From: an uncultured delta proteobacterium
GTDB lineage: Bacteria > Desulfobacterota > Binatia > UBA9968
DNA length: 64,000 nucleotides
Reading direction: 5' to 3'
Assembly (NCBI GenBank): GCA_963745835.1
Contig: CAVUZH010000015.1
Location: 96,001-160,000, forward strand
The notes beneath the pieces are model-generated. The model made no database searches and had not been told where the DNA came from. It saw only the letters and a list, made by a program, of their open reading frames with translations. This document shows positions 50,259 through 60,148 of the stretch, piece after piece. Both the position numbers and the translations under genes were made by a program. Position 1 is the stretch's first letter. Each line of letters begins with the position of its first letter.

Positions 50259-50459
50259 TATGGTCCTCCACTCTCAAAATTGCAGTTTGACTTATGACGT
50301 CGTGCCGTTCTCACTAATATTGTAAGTCACTCCTGCTCGAATTTGCATCATAGGGTGCTCCTCCGTGGAATAGTAGGATCAGTCGCTTACTCCGACTCCT
50401 CATACACAGTTACCTCTCGTGCGGGTGACCTGTTTATATGCAAGATCATTATAAGCTTT

Positions 50460-50850
50460 TTAACAAAAGCACTATCCAGCTCATCATAAAAAAGGAACGG
50501 TATTAAGATTGGCGAGGCTTGCCCGAGGAGTAAAGTTTGTCTGTACCCCTTGAACTGGAGGCAATAAGGCGCTGTCCTTCTCGTTCATATAGGTTTTCAA
50601 GAGGCATCTTAAGTTAGCCGTTGCCAACATTGCCGCAATGACTGTTATGTAAATGAGAATGCTCACACCAACGGTGACCAGGAGAATGAGAAAAAGAGGA
50701 TTTCTCGTTGTGCAGCGAAGCTACGTGCGATGGCGCATTGAGAAGTATCGCGTATGCCGAAAACAGAAATGCGTGGGCAGCAACGAACCAACTCAGTCGC
50801 TGATTGATCAGATTATCTTTATGCTCGAACTCGTTCGATGCTTCTGGGGT
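50460..50850 (-). pseudogene. frameshifted small multi-TM membrane protein remnant
   Basis: EHKDNLINQRLSWFVAAHAFLFSAYAILL then, in other frames, VGVSILIYITVIAAM and SPILIPFLF. Confidence 0.5.
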
Positions 50851-51349
50851 GAGCGAATCGCAACCAGAATCCAAAGAGAAACGAGTGCAGGTGATCATCG
50901 CCAAAGGTGCCCAAGTACGGGCCGCAAGTCATATGCCGTTGAGACACACGGCGATATGATCGCGCTGGCGCGCGATCATTAATGCGACCGGTGACGAGTA
51001 AGTCGAAACATAGGAGTCCAAAGGCGTTCGAGTGTACTATGGGCCGACATTCATGGAGGTGGAGTTCATCCAGCGGTAGCGGTTCAGGGCCAGCCAACTC
51101 CAAATGCCGTTCACCGGCATCCCCGCGGCCACGAAGGTCAGCACGGTGGCAACATCGGCCCGCGGCGATTGGCTGCATCCGCTTTTCTTCATCGTGAACT
51201 TGTGAAGTCCACTCTTGAGAACCTGCGGTCCCGCCGCGCCCCCTTTCAAGACCGATAGATTTCTGTGTCGTCACTGGTCGTGATTGTCGGACATTGTTAT
51301 CTTCCTAATTGTCGAGTTGCGGTAGCCTGGCACCGCAAAGGCTGAACCG

Positions 51350-51769
51350 AGTGCGGAGGAGAAGGCGGTTGATCTTTCTCTGAGCGAAGTCGATCTCGGA
51401 TCAGACGGTGGGTGGAGACGACGCTTGAGCGTGGGGTTTTGTCTCTTGAGGACTCTGCTCATCGTATCAAAGAGCTTCGCCAGGAACGGGAGACGCTTTT
51501 GAGGCGCAAAGTGGAATTACAGAAAAAGTCCCGTTCGGCGGTGCGAGTTTTGCCGAACTGGCCTCATGGCCCAGTATGTCCGAGACATGCAGGTACGCCT
51601 ACGCGAAAAACAGATCGGCTATAAAAAGACCTTCCTACGAGAGATTTTGAAGGGGTCAGAATCAAAGGTACCACGGTCACCCTGAGATATTAATTCCCCC
51701 TAACAGCAAGAACTCCTCCTGCCAACGCTAAAACCGGGGGTAAAGAGGAGTTCTTGACACTGTATAATT
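51350..51769 (+). mobile_element. C-terminal remnant of a probable large serine recombinase abutting the tmRNA 3' end
   Basis: Coiled coil LERGVLSLEDSAHRIKELRQERETL, TFLREILK, VTLRY, reading into ssrA as EEFLTLYNLVEAGGIEPP; frameshifted. Confidence 0.6.
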
Positions 51770-52120
51770 TGGTGGAGGCGGGGGGAATCGAACCCCCGTC
51801 CGAAGGTCTTCCATCTCCGCGACTACATGCTTAGCCGATGTTTTAGTGTCACCCTTGGAACCCCCAACGGCAGGGTTTCGAAGGGCCATCCGGTTTAGAT
51901 CTCAGCCTCATCCCCTCCGGCAGAGAAATCGGCCCATCCCACTGAATGACATCCTATCCGATCCCGTGGGAGAAGATCGGTAGGACGCTAACTGCGGTTA
52001 GGCAGCTAGTTGGTATTCGAAATTATCTGCGTTTAAATTGCAGTCTGTTTGTTTAACGGGACAACAGTACCCCGGCATGCCACTTTGACTTCCCACCCCC
52101 GTCGAACCCATATCGCCCCC
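51770..52120 (-). ncRNA. ssrA: tmRNA
   Basis: 5' GGGGGCGAT..GGTTCGAC, 3' GTTCGATTCCCCCCGCCTCCACCA; tag ORF ADNFEYQLAA* at 52030-51998; adjacent to smpB. Confidence 0.97.
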
Positions 52121-52182
52121 GCATACTTATGTTAGCGCTTTCGGCAGGTGGTTGCGAGACCCAGTCAAGGCAGGTCAGCTCT

Positions 52183-52662
52183 CTATCTGGACTTACTTTT
52201 TTGCCTTAAAGAACGCTCAACTTCACGTTCAACAACTTTGCGGCGCAATGTTTCGCGCTTATCGTAGAGCTTTTTGCCCCGCGCCAGTCCTAATTCGACT
52301 TTCGCCTTGCCGTTCTTAAAATATAATCTCAACGGCACCAGCGTTAAGCCTCGTTCCTTGGTTTTACCGCTGAGTCTTTCTATTTCGCGCGCGTGTAGAA
52401 GCAGCTTGCGGGTCCTCGTCGGCTCGTGATTAAACTGGTTAGCTCCCGGGTAATGGCTGACATGAGCATTGACCAAGAAGGCTTCGCCCTTCTGAATTCG
52501 CGCGTAACTGTCCGTCAGGTTCGCCTTGCCGTCGCGCAGGGACTTCACCTCGCTGCCCAGCAACATCAGACCGGCCTCATAGGTCTCCTCTATAAAATAG
52601 TTGTGCCGGGCCTGCCGGTTGATACAGACGTTCTGTACGCCCGTCGCCTTTTCTTTAGCCAC
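52183..52662 (-). CDS. smpB: SsrA-binding protein
   Basis: NRQARHNY..EAG..GSEVKSLR, RKLLLH, GKKLYDKR. Confidence 0.98.
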   Translation of the reverse strand: MAKEKATGVQNVCINRQARHNYFIEETYEAGLMLLGSEVKSLRDGKANLTDSYARIQKGEAFLVNAHVSHYPGANQFNHEPTRTRKLLLHAREIERLSGKTKERGLTLVPLRLYFKNGKAKVELGLARGKKLYDKRETLRRKVVEREVERSLRQKSKSR

Positions 52663-53308
52663 GGCGCCTGCTCTTGTCGTCTGGAGTGATCAAGCCACCA
52701 GAAGTTATGAGCTTAAGGGCTTCTTCCATCGTCATGTCGAGCGGGGAAATCTCCGCTGTTGGCACAAGAAGGTAAAATCCCGAGGTTGGGTTAGGGGTTG
52801 TCGGAACGAAGACGTTGACAAGCTGAGCATCTTGCTTATTTTCAAGTTCGCGCCATGCTCGGCCCATAGCAAACCCGACAGTGTAAATCCCCTTGCGTGG
52901 ATACTCGATCATGACTACCTGGCGGGAGTTCTCTGATTGCCCCAAAAAAGTTTGGACAAGTTTCTGGACCGCGGTATAGATACCACGGAAAATCGGGATC
53001 TTTACGAAGATATTCTCCCAGGCCGCGAGAAACCGCCGAGTTGCTACGCCTCGTGTAAGAATCCCAAGAAATAAAATCAACACCACCGTTACCAGCGCGC
53101 CCAATCCGGGGATTGCAAAAGGCAAATAGGTTTGGGGATGGACACTGGCCGGTAAGACATCAAGCAGTCCGTCTAACAGCCCGATAACCCATCCGAGAAA
53201 CCATAGCGTGATCACTACCGGCAAAAACACCAGCAGCCCGGCGAGAAAATAACGTTGAAAGTTCTCTCGCAACCGTACTCTAGTCTTTCCTGGCACCTCT
53301 TTCCCCAC
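52655..53308 (-). CDS. DUF502 membrane protein
   Basis: FLAGLLVFLP, VFVPTTPNPTSGF. Confidence 0.92.
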   Translation of the reverse strand: MGKEVPGKTRVRLRENFQRYFLAGLLVFLPVVITLWFLGWVIGLLDGLLDVLPASVHPQTYLPFAIPGLGALVTVVLILFLGILTRGVATRRFLAAWENIFVKIPIFRGIYTAVQKLVQTFLGQSENSRQVVMIEYPRKGIYTVGFAMGRAWRELENKQDAQLVNVFVPTTPNPTSGFYLLVPTAEISPLDMTMEEALKLITSGGLITPDDKSRRRG

Positions 53309-54172
53309 CTATTCTCCCGAAGATCGCAGCAGAACTTTATTGTCGATAAGGCGTGCTTGACCGATGGTAACGGACAACGCTAGAAGCGCCGACTGTCGAA
53401 TTTGCTCGAGCGGTTCTAAGGTTTCGACATCGCTAATGGTAACATACTCGACCACCGCCAACGGTTCATTGTGCAGTTCCGCGATGACTGTTTCGGCGAT
53501 GGCTTTCGCCGAAGTCTCGCCCTGACGGACCAAGCATTCGGCGCGGTGCAGCGAACGCGACAAACAGCGCGCCGCCTTTCTTTCGTCGGCATTAAGGTAT
53601 GCGTTGCGCGAGCTCATGGCAACGCCGTCGCTTTCACGCACAATCGGATGGCCGACAATTTCAACGTCCAAAAACAGATCGCGCACCAACCGTCTAATGA
53701 TCTGCAGTTGCTGATAATCCTTCTCCCCAAAAATAGCCACGTCCGGACGAACGATATTGAAAAGCTTGGTCACAACCGTAGCGACCCCCTGGAAGTGACC
53801 CGGCCGTCGCGCTCCGCATAAGATCTTGCTAAGCTCTTTGACTTCTACATGCGTTTGATCGCCCGGAGGGTAGATGTCTTCAGCCGCCGGGTGGAAGAGT
53901 ACGTCTACGTCTACTCCTTCTGTCTCGAGCAAACCGCGATCACGGACGAAGTTTCGGGGATAAGCGGCGAAATCTTCAGCCGGAGCAAACTGCGTTGGAT
54001 TAACAAAGATCGAAACCACGACCCGATTTCCTCTTTTCTTGGCCTCACGCACCAGGCTTAAGTGTCCTTGATGGAGAGCGCCCATTGTCGCCACGAAAGC
54101 AATGCGCTGACCTTGCTGCCGCTCAGCTTGGCTCCAATCGGCCATCTCTGTAGTCTTTCGAATTATACGCAT
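53309..54172 (-). CDS. panC: pantoate-beta-alanine ligase
   Basis: TMGALHQGH, SIFVNPTQF, RPGHFQGV, FGEKDYQQ, AMSSRN, RLIDN. Confidence 0.97.
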   Translation of the reverse strand: MRIIRKTTEMADWSQAERQQGQRIAFVATMGALHQGHLSLVREAKKRGNRVVVSIFVNPTQFAPAEDFAAYPRNFVRDRGLLETEGVDVDVLFHPAAEDIYPPGDQTHVEVKELSKILCGARRPGHFQGVATVVTKLFNIVRPDVAIFGEKDYQQLQIIRRLVRDLFLDVEIVGHPIVRESDGVAMSSRNAYLNADERKAARCLSRSLHRAECLVRQGETSAKAIAETVIAELHNEPLAVVEYVTISDVETLEPLEQIRQSALLALSVTIGQARLIDNKVLLRSSGE

Positions 54173-54220
54173 TCGATAACATGCCGCCGCGAAATCCCTC
54201 ATGCACGGCTTAGTCAGTCT

Positions 54221-55024
54221 TCACTTAAACGAATGTTCCTCACCAGGGAATTTACGCTCCCGAACTTCATCGACGAAATCCTTTACCGCGGCAGCCACCG
54301 ACCCTTTGATGTCGGCATAGCGTTTGACGAACTTAGGGGTGAAATCGTCGAACAGACCAAGCATGTCATGCAGTACTAGAACCTGTCCGTCGCAGTGAAT
54401 ACCGGCGCCGATTCCAATCGTTGGAATGCTTATGCGTTCCGTAATTTCCTTAGCTAGAGCCGTTGGAACCCCTTCAACTACAATGGCAAAGGCACCCGCC
54501 TCTTGGACAGCCAAAGCATCCCGCATAATAATCTCGTGTTGTCCTTTTTCACGACCCTGGATCTTGTAGCCGCCGAACTGATGCACCGACTGGGGTGTCA
54601 ACCCGACGTGTCCCATTACTGGAATTCCGGCGTTGACGATGGCTGCGATGGTGTCGCTCATGGGTACGCCGCCTTCAAGCTTGATCGCTTCCGCGCCAGC
54701 TTCTTGAAGGAATCGTCCGGCATTGCGCAGCGCTTGTTCCCTGCCAACTTGAAAGGATAAAAACGGCATATCGCCGACGACAAGAGCACGCTTGCAACCC
54801 CGCGCCACGATACGCGTATGATAAATCATCTCATCCATCGTCACGGCTAAAGTATTGGGTTGCCCTTGAACAACACTGCCGACAGAGTCCCCTACCAATA
54901 TAACGTCCACGCCAGCATCATCGAGGATTCGCGCAAGCGAGTAGTCGTAAGCCGTAAGGCAAGTAATTTTTTTTCCTTCTCGCTTCATTTTGACAATGCC
55001 CGGCACAGTGACCTTTTCCGCCAT
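54221..55024 (-). CDS. panB: 3-methyl-2-oxobutanoate hydroxymethyltransferase
   Basis: LTAYD, LVGDS, DMPF, KLEGG, GHVGLTPQ, GIGAG. Confidence 0.98.
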   Translation of the reverse strand: MAEKVTVPGIVKMKREGKKITCLTAYDYSLARILDDAGVDVILVGDSVGSVVQGQPNTLAVTMDEMIYHTRIVARGCKRALVVGDMPFLSFQVGREQALRNAGRFLQEAGAEAIKLEGGVPMSDTIAAIVNAGIPVMGHVGLTPQSVHQFGGYKIQGREKGQHEIIMRDALAVQEAGAFAIVVEGVPTALAKEITERISIPTIGIGAGIHCDGQVLVLHDMLGLFDDFTPKFVKRYADIKGSVAAAVKDFVDEVRERKFPGEEHSFK

Positions 55025-55040
55025 GCGGCTACCCTCCCGC

Positions 55041-55073
55041 AAAAAAAAAGCCCCCCAGATAAGCCGGAAGGCC
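55041..55073 (-). terminator. intrinsic terminator/attenuator in panB leader
   Basis: Minus strand GGCCTTCCGG-cttat-CTGGGGGGC-T9, 17 nt before panB ATG. Confidence 0.8.
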
Positions 55074-55131
55074 AATAGGACCGAAGAACCTGTTAAAAGG
55101 CTCTCCGCAAATCGCTACTCGATGTTGGCAT

Positions 55132-55163
55132 CCGTCTCAGTCCAATTATCTGGATCCAAGCGG
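55132..55163 (-). ncRNA. pan-motif-like leader hairpin with two bulged adenosines
   Basis: CCG-CUUGG-A-UCCA/GAUAAU/UGGA-CUGAG-A-CGG upstream of panB and of a terminator. Confidence 0.65.
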
Positions 55164-55787
55164 TATAAAGTGCTGCGTACCCGAACCCATATTGTTGATT
55201 TCCTTGATCAAGTCAGCCAAATCCTTGCTGCTCTCAACGAAATCAATCTTTGACGTGTTCACCACCAGCAGTGGCGTTTCGTCATAATGGAAAAAGAACT
55301 GGTTATAAGCCTGAGCTACCTCGTTCAGGTATTCGAAAGTTACGCCGCGCTCGTATTTTTTATCCCTTTTTTTTACTCTCTTGTAAAGTACTTCGGGACG
55401 GGCCTGCAGGTAGACCACCAGATCGGGTTTGGGCACCCGGGCATTCAAAAGAGAGTAGATTTGCTGGTACAGGTTCAATTCTTCGACGCTCAACGTCAGA
55501 GTCGCGAAAATTCTATCTTTTGCAAACAAATAGTCGGCGATAATATTCTGGTTAAAGAGATCCTGCTCGCTTAACTCCATCTGTTGCTGATAACGATTGA
55601 GCAAGAAAAATGTCTGGTTTTGAAACGCATAGGTTTGCCGCGCCTTATAAAATTTCGGCAAAAACGGATTGTCTTCAATGCGCTCGAACAGGGATCGAGC
55701 CTGAAACTCATTGGCGAGAATCTTGGCCAAGCTGCTCTTGCCCACGCCGATCGGTCCCTCGACCACGATGTACTTGGTATTGCTCAT
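55146..55787 (-). CDS. deoxynucleoside kinase
   Basis: VEGPIGVGKS, NPFL..FY, Q.FFL..R, PDLVVYL. Confidence 0.93.
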   Translation of the reverse strand: MSNTKYIVVEGPIGVGKSSLAKILANEFQARSLFERIEDNPFLPKFYKARQTYAFQNQTFFLLNRYQQQMELSEQDLFNQNIIADYLFAKDRIFATLTLSVEELNLYQQIYSLLNARVPKPDLVVYLQARPEVLYKRVKKRDKKYERGVTFEYLNEVAQAYNQFFFHYDETPLLVVNTSKIDFVESSKDLADLIKEINNMGSGTQHFIPLGSR

Positions 55788-55844
55788 GGAAGTCTGCGAA
55801 TATAACACAATCCATCAAAAATCGTCCACCGTATGATAGAGTTG

Positions 55845-56924
55845 ATGATCGTGAAAAAACTAGAGAGCAACGTCGGTCAGATGCTGATGGTGGGTATTGG
55901 CGGTTATGAGTTGACAACGGCCGAATTGAACATCTGCCGGTCCCTAAATTTTGGCGGATTTATTCTCTTTAGCCGCAATTGCTGCGAAGCAGCGCAAATT
56001 CATTCTTTGTGTCGCGCGCTTGCCACAGCTACCTGCAATCTTCCGTTTATCGCCATCGATGAAGAAGGCGGCAGAGTTCATCGTCTGCCTCCGCCCTTCA
56101 CCCATTTTCCACCCGCCGCGCTGGTCGGCAAAACAGACAGCCCCGATCTCGCCTTAAGAGTTGGTCGCGCTGTCGCCGCGGAGCTTACTCTGCTCGGCAT
56201 CAACCTGAATTTTGCTCCAGTGTTGGATGTTAATTCCAATGCCGAAAACCCAATCATTGGCGACCGCTCTTTCGGGGCAACACCGGATCAGGTAACGGTC
56301 ATGGCGCTGGCCTGGAGCGAAGGCTTACGCAGCGGAGGCATAATCCCGTGCGGCAAGCATTTCCCTGGGCACGGCAATACCGATACAGACTCGCACCTAA
56401 GCCTTCCTCTGGTAGCGAAATCACTGAGCGAACTGCACTCAGTCGAATTAATGCCTTTCCTCCATGCCTGCAGAAATCGAATCGAAGCCTTGATGACCGC
56501 TCATGTGGTTTTTCCGGCGTTTGACAAGGAATTCCCCGCAACCCTCTCAAGCCGAATTGTCACCGGAGTCTTACGCCAAGAGCTCGGCTATGAAGGACTG
56601 GTGTTTAGCGATGATATGGAGATGAAAGCGATTACCGGAAACTTCGATGCTGAGGAAGCGGCTGTTTCATCCGTGCGCGCCGGAATCAATGTGCTTCTTT
56701 ACTGTCATGATCTTACAAAAGCCGCTGGCATCGTTGAGCTGCTTTGCCGTGAAGCGCGGCGGGATACCCAGCTACGCGCCAGAATCAACGAAAGTTCCGC
56801 GCGCATCAGCAAACTTAAAATACGTTGTTTGCGGGAGCAGCCGGGCACGCCGGCTAACCAACTCGTCGAGCAACTGCTCGCACTCAATCACGGCAAGCTG
56901 ATCGATGAAGTTTATGGGAGTTGA
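55845..56924 (+). CDS. nagZ: beta-N-acetylhexosaminidase (GH3)
   Basis: ILFSRN, IDEEGGRV, APVLD, KHFPGHG..DSH, SDDMEM; start uncertain. Confidence 0.93.
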   Translation: MIVKKLESNVGQMLMVGIGGYELTTAELNICRSLNFGGFILFSRNCCEAAQIHSLCRALATATCNLPFIAIDEEGGRVHRLPPPFTHFPPAALVGKTDSPDLALRVGRAVAAELTLLGINLNFAPVLDVNSNAENPIIGDRSFGATPDQVTVMALAWSEGLRSGGIIPCGKHFPGHGNTDTDSHLSLPLVAKSLSELHSVELMPFLHACRNRIEALMTAHVVFPAFDKEFPATLSSRIVTGVLRQELGYEGLVFSDDMEMKAITGNFDAEEAAVSSVRAGINVLLYCHDLTKAAGIVELLCREARRDTQLRARINESSARISKLKIRCLREQPGTPANQLVEQLLALNHGKLIDEVYGS

Positions 56925-58255
56925 TAAGCGCTGTAAGCGATCAACTTCCGGATGTCTTGATCCAACTCGCCCTGCCATTTTTCAATAAGCAAATCGGCGG
57001 GACATTTCCCCAGCGCTAGGAGTTTGTCGAGCGGTTCAAGGTAGATAGTCTCATCCTCGCCGAGCGCATTGAACATCTTCTGGCGTTTCAGACCTTCCAA
57101 GGCGATCTGCAACAATTCTTTCGACAAATCCAGGAGTGAATAGCGCCTGATGCGCGCGGCTAAAGCATCGCGATGTGAATCGAGATAGACCTGCATTCGT
57201 TCATCCCAGGTCCAGTCCTTGACCAGGTCCCAAGCGGCATCTAAACAGTCGGACTCGTAGAACGCGCCTTTGACGATCGCCGAAAGGGCAGGCATCAGTT
57301 CCGGCGGCTGGCTGTCCGCGGAGCGCACCTCAATATATCGTTTGATCCGGGTTTCAGGGAACAACGTGGTCAGATGATCATGCCAGTCTTCCAGGGTCGC
57401 GCGCTCACCATTCCAGCCGTACGCTAGGAATTGACGAAACGTTGTTGCGGTCATATCGATGTAGTTCTTGTTGCGGATGATAAAATACATCGGCACGTCG
57501 AGCGCGTATTCGACATAGTGCGCGAACGAAACGTCCGGCGAGAATGCGAACTTTAGCATCCCGGATCGGCTTTTATCAGTATCGGTCCAGATATGCTCAC
57601 GATAACTGCGGTAGCCATTCAGCTGGCCATCGCAGATGGGCGAGTTGGCGAACATGGAAATAAAGATGGGTGTCAATCCCATGCCCGTGCGAAACTTTGC
57701 CATGGCATCTTTTTCGTCACGGTAATCGATATTGGCTTGGACAGTCGCCGTCTGCTTCATCATGCGCTGGCCTAGCCTGCCGACTTTGGGCATATAGGGC
57801 CCCATGATTCGGTAGCGTTTTTTTGGCACCCATTCGATTTCATCCAATCGGCTCACCGGTTGCATGCCCAATCCGAGGAAAACAACGTCGAGAGGCTCCG
57901 CAACCTCCAACAACTCGCGGATGTGCTGAGTGAATTCGGCATAGGTGCAGTGAATGCTGTCGCACGGTTCACCGCTAAGCTCGATCTGTCCGCCGGGCTC
58001 TAATGTGATCTGCGCGTTGTCACGGCTCAACGCGATAATATGCCCATCCTGTTCTTCCGGCTCCCAGCCAAAGCGGTCGATCAGTCTCTTGAGAATCGAT
58101 TCGACGCCGCGCGGTCCAGAATAAGGAATGGCTTTGCCGCTGCTGCGATCGATGCCAACTTTTTCGTACTCAGTGCCGACCCGCCAGCGGTCGCGGGGTT
58201 TGCCCGCCGCATGAAAGTATTCTTCCAGCTGGTCCTTTTTCTCAATGTCTGACAT
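56912..58255 (-). CDS. gshA: glutamate-cysteine ligase (GCS2, plant/alphaproteobacterial type)
   Basis: VGTEYEK, TLEPGGQIELSG, PKKRY, MM.QTATVQAN, HLTTLFPE.R. Confidence 0.9.
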   Translation of the reverse strand: MSDIEKKDQLEEYFHAAGKPRDRWRVGTEYEKVGIDRSSGKAIPYSGPRGVESILKRLIDRFGWEPEEQDGHIIALSRDNAQITLEPGGQIELSGEPCDSIHCTYAEFTQHIRELLEVAEPLDVVFLGLGMQPVSRLDEIEWVPKKRYRIMGPYMPKVGRLGQRMMKQTATVQANIDYRDEKDAMAKFRTGMGLTPIFISMFANSPICDGQLNGYRSYREHIWTDTDKSRSGMLKFAFSPDVSFAHYVEYALDVPMYFIIRNKNYIDMTATTFRQFLAYGWNGERATLEDWHDHLTTLFPETRIKRYIEVRSADSQPPELMPALSAIVKGAFYESDCLDAAWDLVKDWTWDERMQVYLDSHRDALAARIRRYSLLDLSKELLQIALEGLKRQKMFNALGEDETIYLEPLDKLLALGKCPADLLIEKWQGELDQDIRKLIAYSAYQLP

Positions 58256-59273
58256 GGTTTTCGATATTCTGTCGATACGGCGGATAAATGATTCCCTTCT
58301 CCGTGATGATCGCCGAGATCAACTCTTGTGAAGTCACATCAAACGCGGGATTTAGGATATTCATGCCTTCAGGCGCGAGCGGTCTGCCGAACATGTGCGA
58401 CACTTCCTTGGGGTCGCGCTGCTCGATCGGAATATCCTTCCCCGTCGGGCAATTCAAATCGATCGAAGAAGTCGGTCCGGCGACATAGAACGGGATACCG
58501 TGTCGCCGCGCCAGAACTGCAATGGTATACGTGCCGATCTTATTGGCTACATCGCCGTTGGCCGCAATCCGATCACAACCGACAACTACCGCATCGACCC
58601 GACCCGTCTGCATCAGATATCCAGACATGTTGTCGGTAATCAAGGTTGCGGCGATCTTTTCCTTCTTGAGCTCCCATGCCGTAAGTCTGGCGCCCTGTAA
58701 AAACGGGCGGGTTTCATTGACCAGAACTTCGAATTTTTGGCCCGATTCTTTGAGCGCGCGGATCACACCCAGTGCCGTGCCGTAGCCGGCGGTCGCCAAA
58801 GCTCCGGCGTTACAGTGGGTCATAACATGTTTTGCGTCGGTCAACAGTTTGGCGCCAAATCCGCCTATTTTCTTGTTAGCGGCGATGTCTTCTTTATAGA
58901 TCTTTTGTGCTTCGATCTTAAGCGAGCGTTTGACAGCTTCCAATCCGCCGTCGCGGTTCTCTAGATAGACCTTCTTCATGCGTTCAAGCGCCCAAAACAA
59001 ATTGACTGCCGTCGGACGAGTTTTCGCCAGGGTTGATACGATCTCATCGAAGTCTTCATCAAAATTTTTTGCTTTGCTCTTTAAGGCTCCCAGCGCAACT
59101 CCCATTGCCGCAGCAACCCCGATAGCAGGCGCGCCGCGGATAACCATTTGGCTGATCGCGGCGGCTACTTCTTTGTAGTCGCGGCAAACTCGATTGATCT
59201 CCTTGTGCGGCAGCAGCCGCTGATCGAGCATGACCACCTGATCATTTTTCCACTCAATTGTTTTTACACGCAT
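58242..59273 (-). CDS. mtnA: S-methyl-5-thioribose-1-phosphate isomerase
   Basis: LDQRLLP, IRGAPAIG, RPTAVNL, THCNAGALAT, ETRPFLQG, ANKIGTY. Confidence 0.97.
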   Translation of the reverse strand: MRVKTIEWKNDQVVMLDQRLLPHKEINRVCRDYKEVAAAISQMVIRGAPAIGVAAAMGVALGALKSKAKNFDEDFDEIVSTLAKTRPTAVNLFWALERMKKVYLENRDGGLEAVKRSLKIEAQKIYKEDIAANKKIGGFGAKLLTDAKHVMTHCNAGALATAGYGTALGVIRALKESGQKFEVLVNETRPFLQGARLTAWELKKEKIAATLITDNMSGYLMQTGRVDAVVVGCDRIAANGDVANKIGTYTIAVLARRHGIPFYVAGPTSSIDLNCPTGKDIPIEQRDPKEVSHMFGRPLAPEGMNILNPAFDVTSQELISAIITEKGIIYPPYRQNIENHVRH

Positions 59274-59339
59274 GATAACATTTCATTTTTGCGAAGACCG
59301 AGTATATTAGGCGCAAGAAGTAAGCGTCAAGGGTCACTG

Positions 59340-59582
59340 GTGGATTTCTATCATCTCCTCGGCTATCTCTCCGGCCTTCTTTTTATCAAGCCCAATATGG
59401 AAGCCACCTCGCTTTACCGAACGATAGCGCTGGTTCACAGTCTCGACGCAATTCTATGTTCGGTCATTGCGGCTCATAGCGGCAGGCGAACGGTGCCATG
59501 GAGCATCGGCGGACTGATCTTTGGGATATGGGCCTTGGGTCTGCTGTTTCTGTTGCCAGTCAAGAAGCCTTCCGGCGCATAA
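59340..59582 (+). CDS. small hypothetical membrane protein
   Basis: LCSVIAAHSGR..WSIGGLIFGIWALGLLFLLP hydrophobic hairpin; start GTG 59340 or ATG 59397. Confidence 0.6.
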   Translation: MDFYHLLGYLSGLLFIKPNMEATSLYRTIALVHSLDAILCSVIAAHSGRRTVPWSIGGLIFGIWALGLLFLLPVKKPSGA

Positions 59583-59626
59583 AGTCCCTGATGGTTGCGC
59601 TTTGCCGGTTCTTTGGTGGCTGTCGA

Positions 59627-60022
59627 TTAGCTTCGCTCATCCTGAGCGATGACATACGCCATGCCGTGTTGATCGGTATGGGTAATCGACAATGCCCAGC
59701 GTTGGATGCCGAGCTTTTCCGCTAACCGCGCAGTTTTACTATGCAGGACGATATCAGGTTTGCCGCTGGCAGCGCGAGCAACTTCAATATCGAGCCAACG
59801 CACCTGCGCTCCCCAGCCCCGACCCAGCGCCTTCATAACGGCTTCTTTGGCGGCGAAACGGCCGGCGTAACTTTGGAAGCGGCCTCGTTGACGTTTCTCA
59901 CAGTAAGCAATTTCCCGAGGCGTATAGACCCGTTCGCGAAATCGAACACCGATCCGAGGGTGTTCCAAGGCTGCGCGAATCCGTTCTACTTCAACCAAGT
60001 CAATGCCAACGCTGATAATCAT
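59627..60022 (-). CDS. acpS: holo-ACP synthase
   Basis: GIDLVE, GRFAAKEAVMKALG, GKP, LSITH. Confidence 0.96.
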   Translation of the reverse strand: MIISVGIDLVEVERIRAALEHPRIGVRFRERVYTPREIAYCEKRQRGRFQSYAGRFAAKEAVMKALGRGWGAQVRWLDIEVARAASGKPDIVLHSKTARLAEKLGIQRWALSITHTDQHGMAYVIAQDERS

Positions 60023-60148
60023 GAATCTCGAACCTAACCCCGCTCCGCTTCCAGTGTCAATCACCAAGAGTCCGGCACGAACCCAGATTCGCATTGACTG
60101 GCACGCGTTGATCGCGTAAATTTCGCCCAAAAGGAGGGACACACGACT

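Noticed and set aside
51754-51768. TTGACA and TATAAT as a perfect sigma70 promoter
   Set aside because: Spacer is only 3 bp
53900-53914. TACGTC tandem duplication in panC (GVDVDVL)
   Set aside because: In-frame two-residue insertion with only two units; unlikely phase variation
60099-60115. TGGCACG as sigma54 promoter for the LivK-like gene
   Set aside because: No GC at the -12 position with GG-N10-GC spacing
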